Source: an uncultured Gemmatimonadota bacterium
GTDB lineage: Bacteria > Gemmatimonadota > Gemmatimonadetes > Palauibacterales > KS3-K002
NCBI GenBank assembly: GCA_964345885.1
Contig: CAYFSW010000170.1
Span: 46,169-110,168 of the forward strand
Reading direction: 5' to 3'
DNA length: 64,000 nt
Shown: piece by piece, positions 18,353-27,719 of the stretch
Layout of the letters: each line of letters begins with the position of its first letter
Numbering within the stretch: position 1 is the stretch's first letter
Notes under the pieces: generated by a model
Told to the model about the DNA's origin: nothing
Databases searched by the model: none
The model's input: the letters and a program-made list of their open reading frames with translations, nothing else
Position numbers and translations under genes: made by a program

Positions 18353-19237
18353 GTGAATCCAGGGGATCTCGACGACAGGGATGACATGAAAGGCGCACCT
18401 GAGGGGGCGGGTCGCGCCGTCGAAGCTCTTCTCGAGGAACTCGGCGAAAAAACGCAACCGCAGCCCGCTGCCCACTTCGGCGGCCTGCGCGGTCGCACCG
18501 TTGTAGTCAGCGGCGGAGCTACGGGCATCGGCCGCCACGTCGCGATCGAGTTCGGCCGTTGCGGCACCAACGTCGCCTTCAACTGGCACGACCTTCCGGA
18601 CCGCTCGATCGCAGAAGAGGCGGCGGAGGTCGAGCAGGAGCTCCAGCAGCTGGAAGTCAAGGTCGTGGCTGAGCGAGTCGATGTGCGCGACCCCCGAGCG
18701 GTGGGTGCTTTCATCGAACGTGTGCGGCAGCAGCTCGGCGGTGTGCACTATCTCGTGAACGCAGCCGGCATCCATCGCTCGGCGCCGTTGTGGAAGATGA
18801 CCGATGAGCAGTGGTTCGATGTGTTGGATGTGAACTTGACGGGAGCGTTCAACATGATCCGGGCCGTGGCACCGCTTCTCAAGTCTCAACGCTATGGCAA
18901 GATCGTTAATATCGCCTCCGTCCATGCGTTCACTGGCAGCTTCGGTGTGGCGAACTACGCCGCCTCCAAATCGGGCCTCGTGGGACTGACGCGCTCTGCC
19001 GCCGCCGAGCTGGGACCGTCGAACGTGAACGTCAACGGGGTCGCACCGGGCTATGTACGCACCGGCATGCTTGAGGGCGTGCCGGAAGACGTAGTGGCCG
19101 ATGCGATCGAGGGATCCGCGCTCAGACGACTACCAGAGGCACGTGATATCGCTCATGTCGTTCTCTTCCTCTGCTCGGAGATGGCGCGGCAGATCACCGG
19201 ACAGGTCATCCGGGTAGATGCCGGGATGTCTGGCTGA
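18353..19237 (+). CDS. SDR-family oxidoreductase (3-oxoacyl-ACP reductase-like)
   Basis: GGATGIGRHVA Rossmann motif, NAAG, and YAASKSG active-site motif. Start may be the ATG at 18386. Confidence 0.8.
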   Translation: MNPGDLDDRDDMKGAPEGAGRAVEALLEELGEKTQPQPAAHFGGLRGRTVVVSGGATGIGRHVAIEFGRCGTNVAFNWHDLPDRSIAEEAAEVEQELQQLEVKVVAERVDVRDPRAVGAFIERVRQQLGGVHYLVNAAGIHRSAPLWKMTDEQWFDVLDVNLTGAFNMIRAVAPLLKSQRYGKIVNIASVHAFTGSFGVANYAASKSGLVGLTRSAAAELGPSNVNVNGVAPGYVRTGMLEGVPEDVVADAIEGSALRRLPEARDIAHVVLFLCSEMARQITGQVIRVDAGMSG

Positions 19238-19268
19238 GCAGAGGCGATGGGAGTGAGGAGGAGGAATC

Positions 19269-19919
19269 GTGAGGCGCTTTCAGATTGGTGGCCGCTGGCT
19301 GGTTTTCGGCACGGGCACGCTGCTGGCCGCTACGGTCGCGTGTGGAGGTGGCGGCAATGAGCCGGTGCCTACACCTGGTTTCGGAGTTCTCAGCGGCCAG
19401 ACGGTACTCGTGCTGCCCGTCCAATACGTGCAACGGGTGCCCGGTGGCTGGCTCGGCGGTGCCGCGAACGCACAGGAAGCTGCTCGCAGCGCTGATACGG
19501 AGATCACCTTCGCATTGCATGAGGTGAGTGGCCGCGCGATTTGGGTGACCCCGGACCAGCAGATGGATGAGCTGAGTCGGAGGCCCAGCGTTGACGTGGT
19601 TCCGTACTTGCTGTCGGCGGACGAGGCCCGTCGACAAGGGGGGAGCCTGCGTCACGTTCGCGATCCGCTGTACGGCGAAATACGTATACTGGCGGCGTTG
19701 TTCGATGCCCGCTACGCGGTTTTTCCGATGGAGTTCTTCTACGAACGGGGTCGGGAGGGGGAAGGCGGCCACCTAGCCATACGCACCTTCGTCCTCGACA
19801 CACGCGCCGGAACGGTGATCTGGTACGGTATAGTCCGAGGAGACGGGACCCAGCTGCCAGTGTCGCCGGGCGCGCTCGCCGCTGCGGCGCAGAAGTTCGC
19901 CGTTCAGGTCAGCCCCTAG
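19269..19919 (+). CDS. lipoprotein, function unknown
   Basis: RBS GGAGGAGGAA upstream; lipobox LAATVAC; 216 aa. Confidence 0.5.
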   Translation: MRRFQIGGRWLVFGTGTLLAATVACGGGGNEPVPTPGFGVLSGQTVLVLPVQYVQRVPGGWLGGAANAQEAARSADTEITFALHEVSGRAIWVTPDQQMDELSRRPSVDVVPYLLSADEARRQGGSLRHVRDPLYGEIRILAALFDARYAVFPMEFFYERGREGEGGHLAIRTFVLDTRAGTVIWYGIVRGDGTQLPVSPGALAAAAQKFAVQVSP

Positions 19920-19996
19920 CTAGCGCGCCACCTGGACGGCACGAGGAAGGCCACGACCCAGGAGTTTACCGACAGGATCATCGAGGAGTCGAAGTA

Positions 19997-20332
19997 GTGC
20001 GATTTGGAGCGAGCGAAACGAATTGCCGGAGCTGCCAGCAGCTTTATCCCGCCAGCGACCTCGATCGCTACCTTTGGTGCCCGGCGTGCCAGAAGGCCGT
20101 ACGGAAGAGGGGGGCGATTTGGGGGGTGGTCGTCGGTCTGTTGGCGAGCCTCGGCGTGGCCACGTACGTGTGGCTGAACTTGACGTTACAGTCGCGATTC
20201 TTAGCGTTCTACTTGCTGATGCTGGCGATGACCTACTTGCTCACCAGCCGGATAGCGCATGCCATCGTGCATGGCTACTACCGATCCCGCGGTGGCATGA
20301 TCGAGCCGTCGTCCCCGCAGGAGCCCAAGTGA
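19997..20332 (+). CDS. zinc-ribbon membrane protein, function unknown
   Basis: CxxC...CxxC (CRSCQQ...CPACQ) followed by two hydrophobic helices. Confidence 0.45.
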   Translation: MRFGASETNCRSCQQLYPASDLDRYLWCPACQKAVRKRGAIWGVVVGLLASLGVATYVWLNLTLQSRFLAFYLLMLAMTYLLTSRIAHAIVHGYYRSRGGMIEPSSPQEPK

Positions 20333-20400
20333 GGCCGCTGTATTGACCCGGCCAACTGGCCGTCTGCTGAGTTTTCACTGCCATTAAGGTTTGGGAGAAG

Positions 20401-21585
20401 ATGACCAAGTTCGAGGGCGTCGATTACTACAATGTCGACTCGCTATTGTCGGAAGAAGAGCGTGCGGTCCGCGATACCGTGCGGGAATGGGTGGATGAAA
20501 ATCTCCTGCCGCTGATCGGCCGCTGTTACGTCGAGCGCCGGTTCCCGCGCGAGCTGGTACCGGAGATGGCCGAGCTGGGATTCTTTGGCGCCAATATGCC
20601 GGAGAAGTATGGGTGCGCCGGTCTCAACAACGTGGCCTACGGACTGATCATGCAGGAGCTCGAGCGGGGCGACTCGGGTGTCCGGTCGTTCGCCAGCGTG
20701 CAGGCCTCTCTGGTCATGTACCCGATCCTCGAGTTCGGCAGCGAGGAACAGCGAGATTACTGGCTGCCGAAGCTGGCCAAGGCGGAGGCCATCGGCTGCT
20801 ACGGGCTCACCGAGCCGGACTACGGGTCGGATCCCGGCGGCCTCACGACCCGAGCCGTGAAGGACGGTGAAGAATGGGTGATCACGGGCACCAAGATGTG
20901 GATAACCAACGCCTCGATCGCCGACGTGGCCATTATATGGGCGAAGACCGGGGAACTCGATGACCCAGAGTCGATTCGCGGCTTCGTCGTCGAGACGGAC
21001 CGCGAAGGCTACGTGGCCAGCGACCAAAAAGGAAAGCTGTCGCTGCTCGCCTCGGACACCAGCGAGATATCGCTCCAGGAAGTGCGGGTGCCGGCTGCGA
21101 ACCTGTTGCCCGGCTCATCCGGCCTCAGGAGCCCACTCATGTGCCTGAACCAGGCCCGTTACGGTATCGCCTGGGGCGCCGTTGGTGCGGCTATGGCCTG
21201 CTACGCCGAGGCGCTGAGCTACGCACAGAACCGGCTCCAGTTCGACCGAGCCATTGCCGGCTACCAGATCCAGCAGATCCGTCTGGTCGAGATGCTCACA
21301 GAGATCACCAAGGGCCAGCTCCTTGCCCTACAGCTAGGCCGCCTGAAGGATAGTGGCCAGCTTCGTCACGCTCAGGTGTCGATGGCGAAGCGCAACAACG
21401 TCAACGTGGCGTGCGATGTAGCGCGCGAGGCAAGGCGGCTGCTGGGTGCCAATGGCATCTTGGTGGAGTACCAGTCGATGCGTCACATGGCCAACCTGGA
21501 GTCGGTCTACACCTACGAGGGAACCCACGACATCCACGGCCTGATCGTAGGGGAGGATATCACGGGTCTCAGCGCCGTCACCTGA
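20401..21585 (+). CDS. acyl-CoA dehydrogenase, glutaryl-CoA dehydrogenase-like
   Basis: N-terminus DYYNVDSLLSEEERAVRDTV and the overall ACAD fold motifs (YGLTEPDYGSDPGGL...; YTYEGTHDIHGLIVG) match the GCDH subfamily. Confidence 0.85.
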   Translation: MTKFEGVDYYNVDSLLSEEERAVRDTVREWVDENLLPLIGRCYVERRFPRELVPEMAELGFFGANMPEKYGCAGLNNVAYGLIMQELERGDSGVRSFASVQASLVMYPILEFGSEEQRDYWLPKLAKAEAIGCYGLTEPDYGSDPGGLTTRAVKDGEEWVITGTKMWITNASIADVAIIWAKTGELDDPESIRGFVVETDREGYVASDQKGKLSLLASDTSEISLQEVRVPAANLLPGSSGLRSPLMCLNQARYGIAWGAVGAAMACYAEALSYAQNRLQFDRAIAGYQIQQIRLVEMLTEITKGQLLALQLGRLKDSGQLRHAQVSMAKRNNVNVACDVAREARRLLGANGILVEYQSMRHMANLESVYTYEGTHDIHGLIVGEDITGLSAVT

Positions 21586-21652
21586 GCGGGCTGCGCTGCT
21601 TGCCGGCAGCGGCGATTAGCTAGAGATTTGTGGAACAGATCATTCGGAGCGC

Positions 21653-21728
21653 GCGCCCGTAGCTCAATTGGACAGAGCACTGGGCTTCGGACCCAGGTGT
21701 TGGGGGTTCGAATCCTCCCGGGCGCGCC
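21653..21728 (+). tRNA. tRNA-Arg (anticodon TCG)
   Basis: Cloverleaf folds by hand: acceptor GCGCCCG/CGGGCGC, D-arm GCTC..GAGC, anticodon stem CTGGG/CCCAG with loop CTTCGGA (anticodon TCG), T-arm GGGGG-TTCGAAT-CCTCC, discriminator G. Confidence 0.8.
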
Positions 21729-21734
21729 TTTTAT

Positions 21735-21860
21735 TGGGAATTCGGGAATCAGGGAATCTGCGATTCAGGGAGTTGGGGAATTCTGGGAGGTGGGATATGG
21801 GAAGGGGAATCCGTGGAATCCGTGGAATCGGGGATTCCGGGATCCCCGATTCCCTCAATC
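21735..21860. repeat. intergenic tandem-octamer repeat element, copy A (GGGAATYC / CCGTGGAATC units)
   Basis: GGGAATTCGGGAATCAGGGAATCT...GGGGAATCCGTGGAATCCGTGGAATCGGGGATTCC. Shares its core with the elements at 27394-27615 and 35306-35530. Confidence 0.8.
21824..21853. terminator. 12-bp perfect-stem hairpin at the 3' end of repeat A; putative bidirectional terminator for tRNA-Arg (+) and nadA (-)
   Basis: GGAATCGGGGAT-TCCGGG-ATCCCCGATTCC. Lies 8 nt beyond the nadA stop codon on the minus strand. Confidence 0.4.
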
Positions 21861-21861
21861 T

Positions 21862-22884
21862 CTAGTCGTCTCGTCCGATCTCGAGCATGCGGGCGAGCGC
21901 CTGGTGGGCGCGTTGGCGGATATCGGGTGGTACGTCTACCTCGTAGCGGCCAAGCCGCAACGAAGCCAGCGTGTTCTCCAGCGTGATCTTCTTCATGTGC
22001 GGGCAGAGCGTGCAGGGGCGCACCATTTCCTTTTCGGGGTGCGCTTCCTGAACGTTGTCGGACATCGAGCACTCGGTGACTAACAGGATGCGCTGCGCGT
22101 CGGTATCGTCGACATACCTCACCATCGACGTCGTCGAACCGACGAAGTCGGCCTCCGCGCATACCTCCGGCGAACATTCCGGATGCGCCAGGATCACCAG
22201 CCCAGGGAATTGCCGCCGGTAACCGCGCAGCTCGTCGACGGTGAACTGTTCGTGCACGATACAGCGGCCCTTCCAGGCGATCACCTCGACATCGGTCTCC
22301 TTCTGTACGTTGCGTGCCAAGTACTCGTCGGGCAGGAAGATGACGCGGTCCACTCCCAGCGACTCTACCACGGCCCTGGCGTTGGCCGACGTGCAGCAGA
22401 TATCAGACTCGGCCTTTATGTCGGCCGGCGTGTTCACGTAGGTTACGACCGGCACGCCCGGGTAGCGCTCCTTCAGCAACTGGACGTCCGTCGCGGAGAT
22501 GCTCTCGCTCAACGAGCAACCGGCGTCGAGGTCCGGTATCAGGACCCGCTTCTCCGGGTTCAGGATCTTCGCGGTCTCCGCCATGAAGTGGACCCCGCAG
22601 AAGACGATCGTCTCCTCCTCGACGTCCATCGCCGCCTGGGCCAGCCCCAGCGAGTCGCCCTGGAAGTCGGCGATCCCGTAAAAGATCTGGGGTACCTGGT
22701 AGTTGTGGGCCAGGATGACCGCGCCGACCTCCTGCTTCAGGCGCAGGATCTCATGGATCAGCGGCGCCTGTAGCCGCCACTCGGCCTCCGGGACGAGATC
22801 GCAGATCTTGTCGTATATGTGCGCGGTGGCCGCCGCCACTTGCGGCGTGTATTCGATCCGCTCGATGTCTTTCGTCGTCGTCAT
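21862..22884 (-). CDS. nadA: quinolinate synthase A
   Basis: 340 aa with conserved NadA blocks (ILAHNYQ, FCGVHFMAE, Cys ligands). Confidence 0.9.
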   Translation of the reverse strand: MTTTKDIERIEYTPQVAAATAHIYDKICDLVPEAEWRLQAPLIHEILRLKQEVGAVILAHNYQVPQIFYGIADFQGDSLGLAQAAMDVEEETIVFCGVHFMAETAKILNPEKRVLIPDLDAGCSLSESISATDVQLLKERYPGVPVVTYVNTPADIKAESDICCTSANARAVVESLGVDRVIFLPDEYLARNVQKETDVEVIAWKGRCIVHEQFTVDELRGYRRQFPGLVILAHPECSPEVCAEADFVGSTTSMVRYVDDTDAQRILLVTECSMSDNVQEAHPEKEMVRPCTLCPHMKKITLENTLASLRLGRYEVDVPPDIRQRAHQALARMLEIGRDD

Positions 22885-23007
22885 TTATCCCACAAACGCC
22901 TGCTGGGCAGCCGGGGCTGCGTTGGGACACGAGGTCCGCATGCTGCTGACGAGGTGCCAGAAGATTCGACATAGACGGGTCGAAAATCAAGCCATCGCCA
23001 GGGCACC

Positions 23008-23037
23008 TTGACCGCGGCAGATGGCCCCGGTGATATT
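23008..23037 (+). promoter_or_regulatory. sigma70-type promoter for rnpB
   Basis: TTGACC (23008-23013), 17-nt spacer, TGATAT (23031-23036). Predicted start site about 23043 coincides with the start of the P1 helix. Confidence 0.45.
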
Positions 23038-23042
23038 CCGGT

Positions 23043-23426
23043 GGCCGCGAGGGGGGCGAGGGGCCGCGGGTCGGCGTCCCTAAAGGGCGTGCGATTCGAG
23101 GAAAGTCCGAGCTCCAAAGGGCAAGGTGCCGGGTAACGCCCGGGCGGCGAAAGCCGACGGAAAGTGCCACAGAGAACAGACCGCCTGCGGCTAGCGCGCT
23201 AGCGCGGCTGCCGGTAAGGGTGAAACGGTGGAGTAAGAGCCCACCGCCCGCGCGGGTAACCGCCGGGGCACGGCAAACCCCACCTGGAGCAAGGCCAAGC
23301 AGGGGACAGTGGTGGCCCGCCGCGTGATGATCCCCGGGTAGGCCGCGTGAGACGCCGGGCGACCGGCGTCCCAGATGAATGGCCCGCTGAACAGAACTCG
23401 GCTTACGGCTCCCCTCCGCGGCTTCT
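23043..23426 (+). ncRNA. rnpB: RNase P RNA (bacterial type A)
   Basis: Universally conserved blocks GAGGAAAGTCCGAGCTCC, AGGGCAAGGTGCCGGGTAACGCCCGGG, GTGCCACAGAGAACAGACCGCC, GGTAAGGGTGAAACGGTGGAGTAAGAGCCCACC and ACAGAACTCGGCTTACGG. The 5' GGCCGCGAGGGGG pairs with the 3' CCCCTCCGCGGC (P1). Confidence 0.85.
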
Positions 23427-23460
23427 GTTTAGAGTGCAAACCAAGACGAGGACCTTACAC

Positions 23461-24753
23461 TTGCCTGAGAACGGCGTCGTCCACTTCAAGCTGCAGGAGC
23501 GAAGCCTTGACAACGGGCTGCGGGTGATCGTCCAGGAGGACAACACCGCGCCTGTCGTCTCGGTCCATATCATGTATCACGTCGGATCGAAGCACGAGCC
23601 GCGCGGCCGAACCGGCTTCGCTCATCTCTTCGAGCACCTGATGTTCCAGGGCTCCGAGCATGTGCCTGACGAAGCTCACTTCAGGCTCATCCAGGATGCC
23701 GGCGGTACATTGAACGGAAGCACCTGGTTCGACCGGACGAACTACTTCGAGACGTTGCCGGCAAATGAGATCGAGCTGGGATTGTGGCTCGAATCGGACA
23801 GGCTCGGTTGGTTGGAGTCGGCGATCACGCAAGAGAAACTGGACAACCAGCGCGACGTCGTGAAGAACGAGCGTCGCCAGGCGTACGAGAACCGACCCTA
23901 CGGCCTGGCGGTCGAGACCATCCTGCGGATGGCCTACCCCGAGGGACATCCCTACCACCACCCGACGATTGGGTACATGGAGGATCTCGACACAGCCAGC
24001 CTGGACGATGTCAGGGATTTCTTCAGGACTTTCTATACGCCGGATAACGCAGTGCTCGTGTTGGCCGGAGCGCTGCAGGCCGAGCGCGGTTACGAGCTGG
24101 CTGACAGGTATTTCGGCGAGATCCCGCGCGGCCCGGCCACGCCCCAGGTAACGGCGCCGGCTGTGCCGCCGGGCTCCGAAGTCCGCGAGACGATCCACGA
24201 CAACGTACAGTTCCCGCGCGTCTACATCTTCCACCACTCACCGGCTTTCGGGCAGCCGGGGTTCGAGGCTGCAGACGTGCTGTGCAGCGTCCTGTCGGAC
24301 GGCAAGTCCTCCCGTCTGTACCGCAAGCTCGTCTATGAGGATCGCATCGCTCAGGACGTCTCAGCCCAGGTGTGGCCCACCGAGGATTGCGGCCTGTCAT
24401 TCATTGTGGCTACCGCGCGTCCTGGGGTCGAAGCCGAGACGCTGGAATCGGCGATCCTCGGAATGCTCGACGATGTTAGAGGGGGAACGATCACGCAGCG
24501 CGAAGCCGAGGGTGGTGTCAACCGGGCGACGCGTGAGCTGGTGAACGCCTTCGATGGTGTCGGCAGTCGTTCCGACGCCATAGCCACGTCGGCGACATTC
24601 CTGGGGCGCCCCGAATATGTCAATGAACTGTTTCCCCGCGTGCGTGCCGTGACCAGCGAGGCGATGGTCGAGGTGGCCAATGAGTGGCTGATCCCCGAGC
24701 GGCGGGCCACGCTTTACATTCTGCCCGAGAGCTCTGGGGAGGGGGGCAAGTGA
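23461..24753 (+). CDS. M16-family zinc peptidase (pitrilysin-like), catalytic subunit
   Basis: Inverted zinc-binding motif HLFEHLMFQG (HxxEH) and downstream E. TTG start at 23461 with GAGGA 9 nt upstream. ORF-track starts upstream would overlap rnpB. Confidence 0.75.
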   Translation: MPENGVVHFKLQERSLDNGLRVIVQEDNTAPVVSVHIMYHVGSKHEPRGRTGFAHLFEHLMFQGSEHVPDEAHFRLIQDAGGTLNGSTWFDRTNYFETLPANEIELGLWLESDRLGWLESAITQEKLDNQRDVVKNERRQAYENRPYGLAVETILRMAYPEGHPYHHPTIGYMEDLDTASLDDVRDFFRTFYTPDNAVLVLAGALQAERGYELADRYFGEIPRGPATPQVTAPAVPPGSEVRETIHDNVQFPRVYIFHHSPAFGQPGFEAADVLCSVLSDGKSSRLYRKLVYEDRIAQDVSAQVWPTEDCGLSFIVATARPGVEAETLESAILGMLDDVRGGTITQREAEGGVNRATRELVNAFDGVGSRSDAIATSATFLGRPEYVNELFPRVRAVTSEAMVEVANEWLIPERRATLYILPESSGEGGK

Positions 24754-26132
24754 TGGCGCCGCGCGTTCCGGTGGATCGCAGCCGACGCCCGAAGGCCGGA
24801 CCGCTGCCGAAGATCGTTCTTCCTGCGTTCAAGAGGTTCCGTCTCAGCAACGGTTTGACCGTGCTGACGGTCCGACACGACGACATGCCAGAGGTATCGG
24901 CACGGCTCGTCCTACCCTTCGGTGCCTATGAGGACGCGCGGGAGCACGCCGGAACCGGATTGCTCACGGCGCGCGCGCTGACGGAAGGCACTAGAGAGCG
25001 CTCGGCTCGCGAGGTCGCCGAGTGGCTGGACTACCTGGGCGCTCGCTTCAGCCTCGACGTCGATCATGACGCTACCGTGGTCAGCCTGCACTTCCTGACC
25101 CAGGTGATGGACGGGGCCTTCGGTCTGTTGGGAGAGGTCGTAGCTCGCCCCGCCTTCGATCCCGCTGAGGTTGGACGGCTTCGGGACGAGCGCCTGGACG
25201 AGATCGCCAGTGGCTTGGATGAGCCGCGAATCGTGGCGAGTCTGCGCCTGGGAGAGGCAACCTTCGGCTCACACCCGTACGGGATGAGGGCTGGCGGCGT
25301 GGAGGAGACGGTGCGTGAGATCGACGCTGAGGTCCTGAGCGACTTCCACTCGCGTTTCTACCGCCCATCCGGTGCGACGCTGGTCCTCGTGGGCGATCTG
25401 CCGGAGCTGGACGGGCTTGAGGACCGGTTGGAGGACGCTTTCGGCGCTTGGCAGGGAGATCCTGACCCGGCCACAGCGGTCGCGGAGCCGGAACCGATAG
25501 AGGAGCGTCGGCTGTGGGCCGTGCCGTGGCCCGGACCCCAGTCGGAAATCCGATTGGGCGGAATCGGTATCGCACGCCTCGACCCAGACTACTACGCGAC
25601 ACTCATCATGAACGCCATCTTCGGAGGCCTCTTCAGCTCTCGCATCAACATGAATCTGCGCGAGGACAAGGGTTGGACTTATGGGGTGTCTTCGCGCTTC
25701 GATGCCCGTAGGCGGAGCGGCCCGTTCTTTGTGGCTACGGCGGTCGATGCGGCGGTCAGCGCCGACGCGGTCGATGAGATCGTCGGCGAGATGCAGCGCA
25801 TGGAGTCGGAACCGCCCGGTGACGAAGAGATGGAGCTCGCTGTCAACGCCGTTACCCTCTCGCTACCTCGTCTGTTCGAGACCGTCGACCAGGTCTCCGG
25901 TCGCATCGCTCACCAGGTCGTCTACGGGTTGCCCGACGACTATTGGGAAACGTACGTGGACCGCTTCCGCGCTGTGACCGCCGCCGATGTTCAACGGGTG
26001 GCCGGCCGGTTTCTCGACAGTGAGCGTTCTGCGGTTGTTGTCGTCGGTCCCGTTGAGGGCTTCCGACCTCAGCTGGAAGCTTTGGGTCTGCTCCAGATCC
26101 GTGACATTCACGGACGTCCGGCCGAGTCCTAG
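24753..26132 (+). CDS. M16-family peptidase, non-catalytic partner subunit
   Basis: M16 fold without HxxEH. ATG overlaps the upstream stop (TGATG). Confidence 0.75.
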   Translation: MAPRVPVDRSRRPKAGPLPKIVLPAFKRFRLSNGLTVLTVRHDDMPEVSARLVLPFGAYEDAREHAGTGLLTARALTEGTRERSAREVAEWLDYLGARFSLDVDHDATVVSLHFLTQVMDGAFGLLGEVVARPAFDPAEVGRLRDERLDEIASGLDEPRIVASLRLGEATFGSHPYGMRAGGVEETVREIDAEVLSDFHSRFYRPSGATLVLVGDLPELDGLEDRLEDAFGAWQGDPDPATAVAEPEPIEERRLWAVPWPGPQSEIRLGGIGIARLDPDYYATLIMNAIFGGLFSSRINMNLREDKGWTYGVSSRFDARRRSGPFFVATAVDAAVSADAVDEIVGEMQRMESEPPGDEEMELAVNAVTLSLPRLFETVDQVSGRIAHQVVYGLPDDYWETYVDRFRAVTAADVQRVAGRFLDSERSAVVVVGPVEGFRPQLEALGLLQIRDIHGRPAES

Positions 26133-26599
26133 GACCGAAGACCTGCCCCTCGGATACCCGCCACCGTTCCGCTCCAGCCAGAGGCCCACCTCGTCTGTAA
26201 GCTGTTTGTGTCTATCGAGATGCGTGGTCGGAGCTGCGGCGGCCAGGAAACAGATGTGTCCCGAAGGAAACCCTCGGAGCCGCTGGCGCGTCTATATTAA
26301 GTAGAGAGGCGAGGCAGAGCCCCTCCGACGATAACGTATCGGAGGTTACGGTACCGCAGCCGGCCGCCGCCCTGGGTCGGAAGATGCGGGCAGAAGTACA
26401 TACAGAAATCAGACACAAGTACTGAAAAACTTGCAGGATGTGCGGCGCAACAGCGCAAGAAGGGAGGACGCAAGCGACACTGTAATTGGTTAGTCTATTA
26501 ACACTTAGGCCACTGACCCGGGTCTGCGGGACGGCCTTCTGGGCCGGGGAATGGAACCTGCACGCGTGTTGGGGTGGGAGAAAAAGGGAGACCCGGCGA

Positions 26600-27322
26600 A
26601 TGATCGATGACGGAGTAAAGGGCGGCGTTGTTGTATTGCAGCCGCAGACGAGCCCAGCGACGGAAACGTCGCCGGAGATAGAGGGCGGAAGTCAAGAGAT
26701 GGTACAGGTAGCGAAGAAAGAGGCCAAGGAGCGCGAGCTATCGCTCACCGAGCTTCAGGACAACGAGCTGGTGGCGCGGTTTCTCGCCGGCAACGGGCTG
26801 GCGTTTCCAGAGCTGGTCCGCCGCTACCAGTCACGTCTGCTCAACTTCATCTACCGGACGATTGGGGATCGAGATCGGGCGGAGGACCTGGTGCAGGAGA
26901 CGTTCATCCGGGTCTACCGGCATTTGCACCGGTTTGACCAGGCGAAGAAGTTCTCGACCTGGATCTACACGATCGCCAGCAACCTAGCGAAGAACGAGCT
27001 GCGCAACCGGTCGAGAAACCCGCTGGTCCTCTTCCAGACGATCAAGAAGAACTGGGAGGCGGACCATCGGCCGCTCCAATGGGAGGATCCGCACTACCGT
27101 CCGGATGATCTGTTCAGGAAGCGTCACCTGCGTGACACGGTGGAGAAAGCGGTCGAGCAGTTGCCGGAACACCATCGCATCGTCTTCGTGCTCAGGGAGA
27201 TGGAGGGCAAGACATACGAGGAAATCTCCGAGATCACCGGTGTTAACCTGGGCACGGTTAAGTCGAGGCTGAATAGGGCCCGTAACAACTTCGCGCAGAT
27301 CATTGCACCGATGCTGCGCTAG
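26600..27322 (+). CDS. ECF-type RNA polymerase sigma-70 family factor (RpoE-like) with extended region 2-4 linker
   Basis: Region 2 (DLVQETFIRVYRHLHRFD...FSTWIYTIASNLAKNELR) and region 4 (EEISEITGVNLGTVKSRLNRAR). RBS AAAGGGAGA upstream of the ATG at 26600. An alternative ATG lies at 26701. Confidence 0.8.
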   Translation: MIDDGVKGGVVVLQPQTSPATETSPEIEGGSQEMVQVAKKEAKERELSLTELQDNELVARFLAGNGLAFPELVRRYQSRLLNFIYRTIGDRDRAEDLVQETFIRVYRHLHRFDQAKKFSTWIYTIASNLAKNELRNRSRNPLVLFQTIKKNWEADHRPLQWEDPHYRPDDLFRKRHLRDTVEKAVEQLPEHHRIVFVLREMEGKTYEEISEITGVNLGTVKSRLNRARNNFAQIIAPMLR

Positions 27323-27360
27323 CCGCAGGCAGGGTCGATTCCGAGGCGCTGCAGGTTCAA

Positions 27361-27392
27361 GGCGCCGGCCATAGGCCGGCGCCTTTCATATT
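27361..27392 (+). terminator. rho-independent terminator downstream of the sigma factor gene
   Basis: GGCGCCGGCC-ATAG-GCCGGCGCC perfect hairpin followed by TTTCATATT. Confidence 0.6.
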
Positions 27393-27393
27393 G

Positions 27394-27615
27394 CCAAATC
27401 GGGAAATCGGGATATCGGGAATTCGGGAATCCGGAATTCGGGCATTGGGGACCGAGGAAGGGGAGTCCGTGGAATCCGTGGTATCCGTGGTATCGGGGAA
27501 TCGGGGAGTTGGGGGAATCGGGAACTCCCGAATTCCCGGATGCCACGGATTCTTGAATTCCGAGTCCGCGGCTTCCAGATTCCCGGATTCCCGGCTCCCA
27601 AGATCGATATTCGTT
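27394..27615. repeat. intergenic tandem-octamer repeat element, copy B (internally palindromic)
   Basis: AAATCGGGAAATCGGGATATCGGGAATTCGGG...GAGTCCGTGGAATCCGTGGTATCCGTGGTATCGGGGAATCGGGG...CCCGAATTCCCGGATGCCACGGATTC...ATTCCCGGATTCCCGG. The second half is the reverse complement of the first. Confidence 0.8.
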
Positions 27616-27719
27616 ATTCCCTCACCGGAGGTGGAACTCAGCGGTGCCTCAGGCGTAGAAGGGTTCAATCACCGATTCTCAGCCAAGCAGTGTGGAGATC
27701 GGCCTCGGGACGCGCGATC

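Noticed and set aside
21664-21865. Overlapping + and – ORFs (about 64 aa) spanning the tRNA and repeat A
   Set aside because: They lie inside tRNA-Arg and the low-complexity octamer repeat. The translations are repetitive (IPRIPRIP / GIRGIRGI). They are not genes.
26133-26600. SRP RNA, tmRNA or 6S RNA in the long spacer upstream of the sigma gene
   Set aside because: I could not find the conserved SRP domain IV, tmRNA tRNA-like ends or 6S signature blocks by eye. It is kept only as an unassigned non-coding region (see findings).
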